Position numbers and translations under genes: made by a program
The notes under the pieces: generated by a model
Seen by the model: the letters and a program-made list of their open reading frames with translations, nothing else
The model's database searches: none
Told to the model about the DNA's origin: nothing
Assembly: GCA_947596225.1 (NCBI GenBank)
Contig: CANQEX010000002.1
Span: 1-50,632 of the forward strand
Source of the DNA: an uncultured Clostridia bacterium
GTDB taxonomy: Bacteria > Bacillota > Clostridia > TANB77 > CAG-508
Direction of reading: 5' to 3'
DNA: 50,632 nucleotides
Shown: piece by piece, positions 35,379 to 44,456 of the stretch
Layout: each line of letters starts with the position of its first letter
Numbering within the stretch: position 1 is the stretch's first letter

Positions 35379-36644
35379 CTATCTATCTTTTTGCTTGGCC
35401 TCTTGTTTTATTTTGTATTTTAAATCATCCCAAATTTCTGTAGTTCTTATAAATTCTTTATAATGTTTTCTTACATTTTTATTATAATCATCTAATTCAG
35501 TAAGCAAACAATCAAACTTACATGTTTCAAATGCTGTATTTATTTTTGGTATACTTTCTTCCAAATTTTTTCTAGTATTTTCTATTATTTTTTTATAATT
35601 TTCTTTATCAATTAAATAATATAATAATGGTTTATATTTAGTCCATCCTATAGTAGTTTTTAAAAATCTTTGTTCTATTCCATTATCATCAAGAGCAATC
35701 CTTCTTAAAATTTTTGGATATCTCTCTTTCATTAAATAGGTATACTTCAAAAAACAATCATGAAAATGATATGTAGGTACTCTTAATACTTTTGCATTCT
35801 TTAAACCTAAAGCACAAGAAAAAAATGTATCTTCTCCTCTAGCACCTGGTGGATTATAGAAAGCTGGAATATTATCTAAACGTTTTAAATTTAAGCACAT
35901 CCCTGAACCTAAAACAAAAGATTTTTTTCCAATGTCTTTAATATTTTCACATTTCTTTTTATGATCTATAATATCTTTGTTTGCATACTCAATATATGAA
36001 TTTTCTTGTCTAACTTTTTTAGCTTTTTCCCAATTCATAACTTCATTTGATAAACCATCTATAAACTTTTTATAGTCATTTTCTTCTATATTTTCATTAT
36101 ATTCAATATATGGAAGTGGTGTCATAAATCCACATCTATATCCAACTGTTACATCAACTTTTGAAATATTTTGTAAGTGCTCTAATATATCTGGTTGTTT
36201 TATCCACTGTATTTCTTTTCCTTCTTTTATATTAGCAAGTGGATATTCATCATCATCCCAAAAAAGAAGATAATCTATATTTCTTTTCAAAGCATAATAA
36301 AGAATAGTGTTTCTTGCTTTTGCATAACCTTTTCCTAAAAGCAAGTTCGCATCTTCTTTTGAAATATCATATTTAGAAATAAGTTTTTTCTTATCCTCTT
36401 CAATAGCTTCTGGAGTAATGTATTTAACACTTATATTTTTATAAACTTCTGGTAAAACTCCATAAAAGTCTATTCTTGTTGTATATTGATATGTTAAATC
36501 AAATAAAATAAAAATTGTAAAATTAATTTTCACATCATAATTTTCTACTTGTTCTAATAAATATTTATAATAACTATTTATAATTCTACAAATATTAGGT
36601 CTTCCTGTTATAAAACCAATTCCAAAATTGATTTCTTTCTTCAT
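35379..36644 (-). CDS. hypothetical protein, possible GT-A fold glycosyltransferase, 421 aa
   Basis: FWDDDEYP (DxD-like) and PPGARGEDTFFS (GT-A style ED motif). I prefer the ATG at 36644 (AAAGGA SD); the track ORF begins with TTG at 36662, directly after the upstream stop. The function is tentative. Confidence 0.45.
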   Translation of the reverse strand: MKKEINFGIGFITGRPNICRIINSYYKYLLEQVENYDVKINFTIFILFDLTYQYTTRIDFYGVLPEVYKNISVKYITPEAIEEDKKKLISKYDISKEDANLLLGKGYAKARNTILYYALKRNIDYLLFWDDDEYPLANIKEGKEIQWIKQPDILEHLQNISKVDVTVGYRCGFMTPLPYIEYNENIEENDYKKFIDGLSNEVMNWEKAKKVRQENSYIEYANKDIIDHKKKCENIKDIGKKSFVLGSGMCLNLKRLDNIPAFYNPPGARGEDTFFSCALGLKNAKVLRVPTYHFHDCFLKYTYLMKERYPKILRRIALDDNGIEQRFLKTTIGWTKYKPLLYYLIDKENYKKIIENTRKNLEESIPKINTAFETCKFDCLLTELDDYNKNVRKHYKEFIRTTEIWDDLKYKIKQEAKQKDR

Positions 36645-36662
36645 AAATTTCCTTTCTAGCAA

Positions 36663-37703
36663 TTATTTTTCAAAAAAATTATATCCACATGTTCTAAGTA
36701 ATCTATTCATAATTGCTATACCTAAACCCTCTTTTTTTACACCTTCTATAAGTATAATTTCTGCTTCGAGTTTATCTGCCTCTCTTATTGCAGAATAAAT
36801 ATTTTGGGCTATTTGGTCTAAATTATTTTTTGTTCCTATATTTATAAATCTATCCTTTGAAATATTATATTTTTCTTTATATTCTTCTGAACCAATTACT
36901 ACTACATTTTTATTATATAAATTTATAAATTTATTCATATAAAAAATTTGATCTAGTTCATTTTCACAATATATTAATTGACAAGGTTTTTCTGGAGAAT
37001 AATGGCGATATTTCATTCCTGGACTTTCTATATTTTCATCTTCATCTACTTTTTTAAATACTTTTTCGTCTAGTTTCACTTTCCCAATTACATTTTTTAT
37101 ATCATCAGGAGTAACTTTTCCTGGTCTTAATATAACTGGTACTTCATCTATTACTTTTACTACTGTAGATTCTAAGCCTATATCTGTTTTTCCTCCATCA
37201 ACAATAGCTGAAACTTTCCCCTCTAATTCTTTTCTTATATCTTCTATATTAGTTCCACTTGGTTTTCCTGATATATTTGCACTCGGAGCAGCTATTGGAA
37301 CTCCTGAAAAAGTAATAATTGCTTTTGCTATTATATTATTTGGTATTCTTACAGCTACAGTATCTAGCCCTGCAGTTACTATATCTGGTACAATATCTTT
37401 TCTTTTCAAAATAATAGTAAATGGGCCTGGCATAAAATTATCTATTAATTTCTGTTCTACTTCTGTAATATTTTGTGCTATATCTTCTATATTTCTTTTG
37501 TCTGCCAAATGAATAATTAGAGGATTATCTGATGGTCTACCTTTAGCAATAAATATTTTTCCAACAGCATTAGCATCTAATGCGTTTGCTCCTATACCAT
37601 ATACCGTTTCTGTAGGAAAAACAACTAATTCACCATTTTTTATTAAATTACATACTATTTTTAATTCTTCTGTATTAGTTTGTTCTTTCCAATTATAATA
37701 CAT
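36663..37703 (-). CDS. tsaC: L-threonylcarbamoyladenylate synthase, Sua5/YwlC type (YrdC domain plus Sua5 C-terminal domain), 346 aa
   Basis: VVFPTETVYGIGANALDANAV..IFIAKGRPSDNPLIIH, SANISGKPS, and a long C-terminal Sua5 domain. Confidence 0.9.
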   Translation of the reverse strand: MYYNWKEQTNTEELKIVCNLIKNGELVVFPTETVYGIGANALDANAVGKIFIAKGRPSDNPLIIHLADKRNIEDIAQNITEVEQKLIDNFMPGPFTIILKRKDIVPDIVTAGLDTVAVRIPNNIIAKAIITFSGVPIAAPSANISGKPSGTNIEDIRKELEGKVSAIVDGGKTDIGLESTVVKVIDEVPVILRPGKVTPDDIKNVIGKVKLDEKVFKKVDEDENIESPGMKYRHYSPEKPCQLIYCENELDQIFYMNKFINLYNKNVVVIGSEEYKEKYNISKDRFINIGTKNNLDQIAQNIYSAIREADKLEAEIILIEGVKKEGLGIAIMNRLLRTCGYNFFEK

Positions 37704-37780
37704 AAAAATTCAACCTCGATTTATATTATACAATATCTTCAAATATATTGTCAAACTATGAACATTTCATATAAAATTAC

Positions 37781-38632
37781 TTATCTATAACCATACTTTT
37801 TATGTTTATTTAATAAAGTATCTAATTTATCTTTTTTATATTCCCCTTGCATTCTCATTGCATCATAATAAGGCATCATATATTCAATTTCAAATCTTGA
37901 TACATTATCATCCCATGGTTTAAAAGAACCCGCATAATGTATAATAAGTGGTTTTTCTTTTAATTTATTAAATCTTACATCTTTTATAACTAAATTATAT
38001 TTATTACTAATTATTTTTATATCATCTTTAAATATTAAATTAATAAAATCTTGGTCTGGATAAACTAACTTATCTTGATTTTCCCTTATTAATCTAACTA
38101 TATCTCTTTCTGTATAATTTTCTCTTAATTTTTGTAAATTTATTAGTAACATTCCTGAATTAATGTATTTATAATTATTAGGGAATCCTATTCTATATAA
38201 ATGTTTTTTTGTAACTCCTAAGTCTTCACAGGCACACCAAGTTTTGCCTTCAAAATCTATATCATATAATTCAGCAATATCTCCACTGCAAATCATATCT
38301 GCATCTAAATATAATATTTTATCAATATTTTTTGGAAGCTTAAATGCTGAAAATAATCTACTATAAGATTCTAAACCAAAATAGGCACCTTCATCATCTG
38401 TTATTGGAACACCTTCTAAATTATTAGTATCAAATTTTACTGTTATAATATTTGCTTTTTTGGTATTTAATATAAATTCACTTATTTTCTGTAAATCTTC
38501 TCTATTTAACTCTTCTTCAATATACATTAGATAAAAATTAATTTTTTTACTACTGTAATGTGTTAATGTTATGATTAATTCTTCTACATATTCTAAAAAT
38601 TTTTTATTTACAGATAATAGTATATTAATCAT
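37781..38632 (-). CDS. glycosyltransferase family 8 protein, 283 aa
   Basis: ILYLDADMICSGDI (DxD), NSGMLLINL and IIHYAGSFKPW are GT8 (LgtC/GspA-like) signatures. Confidence 0.8.
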   Translation of the reverse strand: MINILLSVNKKFLEYVEELIITLTHYSSKKINFYLMYIEEELNREDLQKISEFILNTKKANIITVKFDTNNLEGVPITDDEGAYFGLESYSRLFSAFKLPKNIDKILYLDADMICSGDIAELYDIDFEGKTWCACEDLGVTKKHLYRIGFPNNYKYINSGMLLINLQKLRENYTERDIVRLIRENQDKLVYPDQDFINLIFKDDIKIISNKYNLVIKDVRFNKLKEKPLIIHYAGSFKPWDDNVSRFEIEYMMPYYDAMRMQGEYKKDKLDTLLNKHKKYGYR

Positions 38633-38634
38633 TC

Positions 38635-39702
38635 TTATTCCTCCTTTTCAAATAATTTATATATCATATTTTCTTTTATAAGTTTTGAAATATAATTGTA
38701 TTCCAAAACTTTTTTACTTGATTCTATCATACTAGAATTATTTTTTATAGCATCTTTGAAATTAACTTCTTTTTTTATAATTTTATTTGAAATTTCTTCA
38801 AATATTTTTTTACCTTTACTTGAATTTAATATAACTAATGATGTTCCTTTATTGTCATCCATAGATTTATCAATTTTACTTATTCCCCAAAAATCAGCTA
38901 AAGTTAAATCAGATTCTCTATTTTCTTTTTTAAATTTACATGAATAACAAGAATCTCTTAATATTAAATTTTCTAAAAATAACTTCATAAATATATCATC
39001 ATTATGTTTTGTATATTCTTTATATCCTTCATATGTAATTTCCATTTGATAATCATCCCATGTTGTTTTCTCTTTACTTCTAAAGTTAACTTTTTTTATT
39101 TTATTATTTTTACTTTTTAAATATTCTTTCCAAACTCTTGGAGATGGAACTCCATGACATATTATATCTTGTAATATTAAATTATCATATTCTTTTTGTA
39201 AGTATGCTTTTAAACCTTCTATTTGACAAGGGGTTCCTGAATAGTAAACTAATTTTCCTTGTTTTAAAAATTTTTCAGCTTCTACATAAGAATTTTTTGT
39301 ATCACTTTGAACATATTTTGAAGTTCGTAATTTTTCTAAATCCTTTTTATCTTGTACCAAAATGTGTTCAACCGTAAAATCATTAGCAAAGGCAGCTCCA
39401 AAAACAATTCCTCCTTTTTCAATAATATTTTCTGCAAGAAGTGTAAATATTCCACCAGAAGAACTATTAATTCTTGTTTTTTCATCTTTATTATATGCTG
39501 CATATGCTAGCTTTTCTTTTATATTTTCTTTGTTATTTATAGGGCAACTATTTATACATTTTTTACACTTGATACATTTATCATAATCTACAGTAGGATA
39601 CAAAAAACCTCTATAATCTGGTTCCATTTTAATTGCTTTCGTAGGGCACAATTTTTCACAAGCTCTACAGCCTGAGCAAAACTTTTTATAACTTTCAATC
39701 AT
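38635..39702 (-). CDS. FrhB/FdhB-like protein (coenzyme F420 hydrogenase/dehydrogenase beta-subunit family) with N-terminal 2x[4Fe-4S] ferredoxin motifs, 355 aa
   Basis: CSGCRACEKLCP and CIKCKKCINSCP, then GTPCQI and the CYSCKF C-terminal domain. This family is commonly paired with polysaccharide pyruvyl transferases. Confidence 0.75.
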   Translation of the reverse strand: MIESYKKFCSGCRACEKLCPTKAIKMEPDYRGFLYPTVDYDKCIKCKKCINSCPINNKENIKEKLAYAAYNKDEKTRINSSSGGIFTLLAENIIEKGGIVFGAAFANDFTVEHILVQDKKDLEKLRTSKYVQSDTKNSYVEAEKFLKQGKLVYYSGTPCQIEGLKAYLQKEYDNLILQDIICHGVPSPRVWKEYLKSKNNKIKKVNFRSKEKTTWDDYQMEITYEGYKEYTKHNDDIFMKLFLENLILRDSCYSCKFKKENRESDLTLADFWGISKIDKSMDDNKGTSLVILNSSKGKKIFEEISNKIIKKEVNFKDAIKNNSSMIESSKKVLEYNYISKLIKENMIYKLFEKEE

Positions 39703-40739
39703 TACCTAAAAGCCCTTTCTAAATATTCTTTTGCTTTTCTTCTTTCATATTGTAAACAATTCTCTATTTTATCTATATCAATTTGTAAAATATTATCATC
39801 TAATTTTCCATTATATTCTATATTTTTTAAATCAAATTTTTTTATTAGTGTTTCCATTCTAGAATACATATTATTTTCATCCTCTTGAACTCTTTTATAA
39901 ATCATTAATGGTGTATGAAATAAAAGAGAAAAAACACATGAATGAAATGAATCTGTAACTATTAGTTTTGCATTGTTTTCTAAATATAAAAATTCTTTTG
40001 GTCCTATGTCATAATATTTACTATTTTTATTTCCTATATCAATTATTTCATAATTATGTATTTTTGCAAATTCTTCTAAAATTTTATTATCATTTTCACT
40101 TAACTCACCCAAAAAACATTTTAATATAAAAGCTTTATTATTATCTATCATATCTGGTTTATTCATTATACTTTTCCATTTTTCTTGTGAAATAAGCATT
40201 GTAGGATCTACTAAAACTTCAACATCTTCTCTACCACATATTTGTTTTATAAGTTCTTTTCCAGCATATTCTCTAACAGAAATTGCATGCATTTCATTTA
40301 AATATTTTTTACTTACTTCATATCTTTCTTGTATTTGTGGCAAAAAGTTTACTCCTATACTTGCTGAAAGAGATATTCTTTTCTCTTTATCAACAAAACT
40401 ACCATATACCTTATCTGAAAACAAAGCTTTATATGAATAATTCCAAATTTGATCACTACCTATAATAAGATAATCATATCTTTTATTTAAGTCTTCTTTA
40501 ATTATGCTGTTTTGACTCATTATCAAATTATCTGGTGCAAAATTTATATTTTTATTAAATTCTCTAAAAAAATCTAATCTTTTGCCTGATTTTACTATAG
40601 ATAATGTATAATCTATATTATATTTTATTGTTTCAACCTCAAATCCGTAAGTTTTTAATATTTCTTGAACAGCAAAATTTTGTAATCTATTTCCATAATT
40701 ATCTTCATCGTATATTGTAAATATACCAACTTTTTTCAT
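39702..40739 (-). CDS. polysaccharide pyruvyl transferase family protein, 345 aa
   Basis: MKKVGIFTIYDEDNYGNRLQNFAVQEIL start, IIGSDQIWN and TDSFHSCVFSL are typical PS_pyruv_trans motifs. Its stop overlaps the next gene's start by 1 nt. Confidence 0.8.
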   Translation of the reverse strand: MKKVGIFTIYDEDNYGNRLQNFAVQEILKTYGFEVETIKYNIDYTLSIVKSGKRLDFFREFNKNINFAPDNLIMSQNSIIKEDLNKRYDYLIIGSDQIWNYSYKALFSDKVYGSFVDKEKRISLSASIGVNFLPQIQERYEVSKKYLNEMHAISVREYAGKELIKQICGREDVEVLVDPTMLISQEKWKSIMNKPDMIDNNKAFILKCFLGELSENDNKILEEFAKIHNYEIIDIGNKNSKYYDIGPKEFLYLENNAKLIVTDSFHSCVFSLLFHTPLMIYKRVQEDENNMYSRMETLIKKFDLKNIEYNGKLDDNILQIDIDKIENCLQYERRKAKEYLERAFR

Positions 40740-40956
40740 ATTATTTCCACCTTATTTTTTATTACATTTAAAATTATACTATATTCTTAATATAAATTCA
40801 ATAATAAATAGTATTTTACTATATTTTGCCATTAATCTTAAGAATTCTTAATAATTCTTTAAATTAATATTAAGTTTCATTTTAAAATATTATGTTGACA
40901 AAAATTATATTCAAAATAAAAAAGGGTAGATAAAATCTTCCCCCTTTAACATATAT

Positions 40957-42063
40957 TTATTTTTCATATTTTTCGTCTTCTGGAACATCATCTAATAATC
41001 TTTGCTTAAAGAATTCTTTATATCCCATAGCAATAATAATTATTATGATTATTGCAAAAGACAGAGCTTTCCAAATTCCACTATCCATAAGTATAATTGC
41101 AAACATACCAAATATTGCACTTAATCCATAAAGAATTAAAACTGCTTGCTTTTGAGTAAAACCTTTTTGTATCATTTTATGATGAAGATGACCTGCATCA
41201 GCTTCAATAACTGCCTTTAAAGACTTTCCATGTACAATTCTTCTCACTATAGCAAATAATGTATCACATATTGGTAAAGCAAGAACCATTAATGGTGCAA
41301 CAATTACTATTGCTGTATAAGTTTTTGCAATTCCTAAAATTGATATTATTGATAAACAATATCCTAAAAAATTAGAACCTGTATCTCCTATAAAAGTTTT
41401 TGCTGGGTTAAAATTATAAGGTAAAAATCCACATAAAGCTCCTCCTAAAGCAGTTATTAATATAATTGATATTAGTGGTGAGCCATTTAATGAAAATATT
41501 ATTAACAATGAAAGACATGAAATTAAAGATATTCCTGTTGACAATCCATCTAATCCATCTATCAAATTCATTGCATTTGTTATACCAACAATCCATCCTA
41601 ATGTTAGTATTATATAAAATAAATCACCTTCATTATTAAGATTAAAAAATGGTATATTTAAAGTATCTATTTTTATTCCAAATTTTATTACTATAAGCCC
41701 TGCTACAATTTGAGCTGCTAGTTTGCCTAAAGCAGGCACTCCTCTAATATCATCAATAAAACATACAATTCCTATTATAATAGCCCCTATAACAAAACCT
41801 ATTAATTTTCTAATATAATTATCCTCATATAGATTTATTTTGTTTTCAATAGTCATTACTATTAATAAATATATAATAGAAACAAAAAATCCCGCTATTA
41901 CAGCTAACCCACCTAGTCTTGGCATATTAATCTTATTAATACGTCTTGCATCTTTTGGTGTATCTACTGCTCCTAATTTTTTTGCTAAATTTATTGTATG
42001 TGGCGTTGCCATAAAAGACATTAAAAATGCTATTAGAAAAGCTATTGCTATATCTCCCCACAT
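40957..42063 (-). CDS. tagO: undecaprenyl-phosphate GlcNAc-1-phosphate transferase (TagO/WecA, MraY-like family), 368 aa
   Basis: DTPKDARRINKINMPRLGG, NAMNLIDGLDGLSTG, about 10-11 TM helices, and a HHKM region. Confidence 0.8.
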   Translation of the reverse strand: MWGDIAIAFLIAFLMSFMATPHTINLAKKLGAVDTPKDARRINKINMPRLGGLAVIAGFFVSIIYLLIVMTIENKINLYEDNYIRKLIGFVIGAIIIGIVCFIDDIRGVPALGKLAAQIVAGLIVIKFGIKIDTLNIPFFNLNNEGDLFYIILTLGWIVGITNAMNLIDGLDGLSTGISLISCLSLLIIFSLNGSPLISIILITALGGALCGFLPYNFNPAKTFIGDTGSNFLGYCLSIISILGIAKTYTAIVIVAPLMVLALPICDTLFAIVRRIVHGKSLKAVIEADAGHLHHKMIQKGFTQKQAVLILYGLSAIFGMFAIILMDSGIWKALSFAIIIIIIIAMGYKEFFKQRLLDDVPEDEKYEK

Positions 42064-42076
42064 TTTATTAACTCCT

Positions 42077-42523
42077 CTATTTCATATTTTCTTGCTCAAT
42101 CTTTTCTATCATTTGTAATCTTTCTAAATATCTTCCACCTAAAAATTCTGATGCAATCCAAGTTCTAATCATTTTTATAACATCACTTAATTTTAAATAT
42201 CCTGCAGGTAATGCAATTATATTTGCATTTAAATGTTCTTTTGCTTGTTTTGCTGAACTTTCATCAATACATAAAGCACATCTTATTCCTTTAAATTTAT
42301 TAGCATCTATTGCCATTCCACTACCTGTTGTACATATTAAAATTCCTTTATCACATTCTTTACTCTGGATTGATTTTGCAACTTTTTCAGCAAAAATTGG
42401 ATGATCTGCTCTTTCTGTACTATATGTTCCAAAGTCTTTATATTCTACTCCAATTTCATCTAAATATTTTTTTATATCTTCTTTTAATTTATAACCAGCA
42501 TGATCACAACCTAAAGCTATCAT
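42077..42523 (-). CDS. rpiB: ribose-5-phosphate isomerase B (RpiB/LacA/LacB family), 148 aa
   Basis: MIALGCDHAGYKLKEDI start and ICTTGSGMAIDANK. AAGGAGG lies 6 nt upstream of the ATG at 42523 (the track ORF starts at 42553). Confidence 0.9.
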   Translation of the reverse strand: MIALGCDHAGYKLKEDIKKYLDEIGVEYKDFGTYSTERADHPIFAEKVAKSIQSKECDKGILICTTGSGMAIDANKFKGIRCALCIDESSAKQAKEHLNANIIALPAGYLKLSDVIKMIRTWIASEFLGGRYLERLQMIEKIEQENMK

Positions 42524-42676
42524 TTTTTTCCTCCTTTGTTTTATTTTGCCCACAATATATCACACAAATTTTAATAATACAAGTCTATTGTAGCCTACAA
42601 ATGTGAATTTTTTGTGAATTTAAAGACAAAATTGCTTAAATTATATTTAAACTTTCTACTTTTTTTCATAAAATAC

Positions 42677-42705
42677 TTGATTTTTAAATATCTTCATGTT
42701 AAAAT
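42677..42705 (+). promoter_or_regulatory. sigma-A promoter of rpsT
   Basis: TTGATT (42677-42682), 17-nt spacer, TAAAAT (42700-42705), about 48 nt upstream of the ATG. Confidence 0.45.
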
Positions 42706-42752
42706 ATTTGAAGAAAATTTACTTTGTGAACTAAGAGGAGGTGCAAATATAG

Positions 42753-43016
42753 ATGCCAAATATAAAATCAGCTATAAAAAGAGTTAAAGTTATTGATAAA
42801 AAAACATTACAAAATAATATGGTAAAATCTGCTTACAAAACAGCTGTTAAAACATTTGAAGCTGCTGTAGCAGAAGGAGATAAATCAAAAGCAGAAGAAG
42901 CTTTTAAAGTTGCTGTTAAAAAAGTTGATCAAGCTTGTACAAAAGGTGTTATAAAAGCAAATACAGCTTCTAGAAAAAAATCAAATTTATCAAAAAAATT
43001 AAATACTTTAAAATAA
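42753..43016 (+). CDS. rpsT: 30S ribosomal protein S20, 87 aa
   Basis: MPNIKSAIKRVKV...NMVKSAYKTAVK...KGVIKANTASRKKSNLSKKLN. GAGGAGG SD. Confidence 0.95.
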   Translation: MPNIKSAIKRVKVIDKKTLQNNMVKSAYKTAVKTFEAAVAEGDKSKAEEAFKVAVKKVDQACTKGVIKANTASRKKSNLSKKLNTLK

Positions 43017-43041
43017 TCGTATTAAGTACGATTATTTTTTT
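43013..43041 (+). terminator. intrinsic terminator of rpsT
   Basis: Stem ATAATCGTA / TACGATTAT with a 5-nt loop, followed by a T-run (43036-43041). It overlaps the stop codon. Confidence 0.6.
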
Positions 43042-43115
43042 ACCATTTTTTTCATTTGTTTTCTCTATTTTAAAGTGTTAATATTAATTTAACAATTATT
43101 AATGAGGAGAAAATT

Positions 43116-43355
43116 ATGAATAATCTAAATATTTCTATAAAGAGTAAAAAAGTAAAAAGATTAGTTAATATTAACCTTCTAATCTCTTTTATTATTTCAG
43201 GTATTGGTCTTACTATGCTTTGGCTTTATAATACCTTTTACATATCAAAATATCTTTTTGAAGCAAGTATTATAATCTACAGAACAGGCTTACTTATGGG
43301 AATATTTTCGATTATATGTGGAATTTTTTTTGAGAACTATTTAAATTGTGGATAA
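43116..43355 (+). CDS. hypothetical small membrane protein, 79 aa
   Basis: Strong GAGGAG SD. Two or three hydrophobic helices. A terminator follows directly. Confidence 0.6.
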   Translation: MNNLNISIKSKKVKRLVNINLLISFIISGIGLTMLWLYNTFYISKYLFEASIIIYRTGLLMGIFSIICGIFFENYLNCG

Positions 43356-43357
43356 CA

Positions 43358-43380
43358 AAAGGGGCTTTTACAGCCCCTTT
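43358..43380. terminator. bidirectional intrinsic terminator
   Basis: GC-rich stem AAAGGGGCT / AGCCCCTTT with a 5-nt loop, between convergent genes. Confidence 0.7.
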
Positions 43381-43383
43381 ATT

Positions 43384-43935
43384 TTAATAATTTTCAGCTT
43401 TTATTTCAAAAAATGCTTGTGGATGATTGCAAACTGGACAAACACCAGGAGCTTCTTTTCCAATACAAATATGTCCACAATTTCTACATTTCCATATTTT
43501 GTCTCCATCTTTGCTAAATACTAAATCACCTTCAACATTTTCTAATAATTTTTTATATCTTTCTTCATGTTCTTTTTCTATTTTTCCAACTGCTTCAAAT
43601 AAATAAGCAATTTTATCAAATCCTTCTTCTTTTGCTTCTTTTGCCATTCTATCATACATATCTGTCCATTCAAAATTTTCACCTTCAGCTGCTGCTTTTA
43701 AATTATCTGTAGTTGTAGGTATATCTCCACCATTTAATAATTTGAACCATATTTTTGCATGTTCTTTTTCATTATCTGCTGTTTCTTGGAATATAGCAGC
43801 AATTTGCTCATATCCTTCCTTTTTTGCTTTACTTGCAAAATAAGTATATTTGTTTCTTGCTTGTGACTCTCCTGCGAAAGCATCCATTAAATTTTTCTCT
43901 GTTTTTGTTCCTTTTAATTCTGGCATTTTTCTCAT
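43384..43935 (-). CDS. rbr: rubrerythrin, 183 aa
   Basis: Ferritin-like diiron domain ([21 protein letters not shown]...EKEHAKIW...EGENFEW...EKEHEERY) plus a C-terminal rubredoxin-like CRNCG...CPVC. Confidence 0.9.
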   Translation of the reverse strand: MRKMPELKGTKTEKNLMDAFAGESQARNKYTYFASKAKKEGYEQIAAIFQETADNEKEHAKIWFKLLNGGDIPTTTDNLKAAAEGENFEWTDMYDRMAKEAKEEGFDKIAYLFEAVGKIEKEHEERYKKLLENVEGDLVFSKDGDKIWKCRNCGHICIGKEAPGVCPVCNHPQAFFEIKAENY

Positions 43936-43940
43936 TCCTC

Positions 43941-44327
43941 CTAACCATTTATTTTACAAGAATTGCATATTCCGTCTAAAGCAATTCCTTTATCAGAGAT
44001 TTCTATTCCTGTTTGTTCTCTTACTATTTTTTTTATTTCTTCATATTCAAAATTATATTCAAAATCAAATATTTTTCCACATTTTATACATATAGCATGA
44101 TTATGTGGTTTTCTTATATAATCAAATCTATCTGCGCCTATTTGCATAGGAATTTTATTTATTAATTTATTTTCTACTAATAAATTTAAGTTCCTATAAA
44201 CAGTACTTCTACTAACTGCTGGATCTTTTGCTTTAACTGTCATGTAAATATCTTCTGCAGTTGGATGATCATAAGAATTTTTAATTACTTTGATTATTTC
44301 TTCTCTCTGTCTTGAATAATTTTTCAT
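43941..44327 (-). CDS. Fur-family transcriptional regulator, probably PerR-like, 128 aa
   Basis: Winged-helix [10 protein letters not shown], an HNHAIC metal site, and CxxC pairs (CIKCGK, CNSC). It lies directly upstream of rubrerythrin in the same operon, as is typical of clostridial PerR. Confidence 0.75.
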   Translation of the reverse strand: MKNYSRQREEIIKVIKNSYDHPTAEDIYMTVKAKDPAVSRSTVYRNLNLLVENKLINKIPMQIGADRFDYIRKPHNHAICIKCGKIFDFEYNFEYEEIKKIVREQTGIEISDKGIALDGICNSCKING

Positions 44328-44373
44328 ATAAAAATCTCCTATTAATTACATTGAGTAGAACAAAATATAAAAT

Positions 44374-44410
44374 CTCCCATAAATTAGGAACCATTCCTAA
44401 TTTATAGGAG
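44374..44410 (-). terminator. intrinsic terminator after the ABC exporter genes
   Basis: 17-bp stem with one mismatch (CTCCCATAAATTAGGAA / TTCCTAATTTATAGGAG) and a 3-nt loop. Followed on the minus strand by ATTTTATATTTT. Confidence 0.55.
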
Positions 44411-44456
44411 TATTATATCACATTTAATTAATTAATCAAGTTTTTATTAATTAATT

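Noticed and set aside
41414-41596. 60-aa minus-strand ORF inside tagO in another frame.
   Set aside because: It is embedded entirely within a confidently identified membrane-protein gene. It has no SD and no recognisable features.
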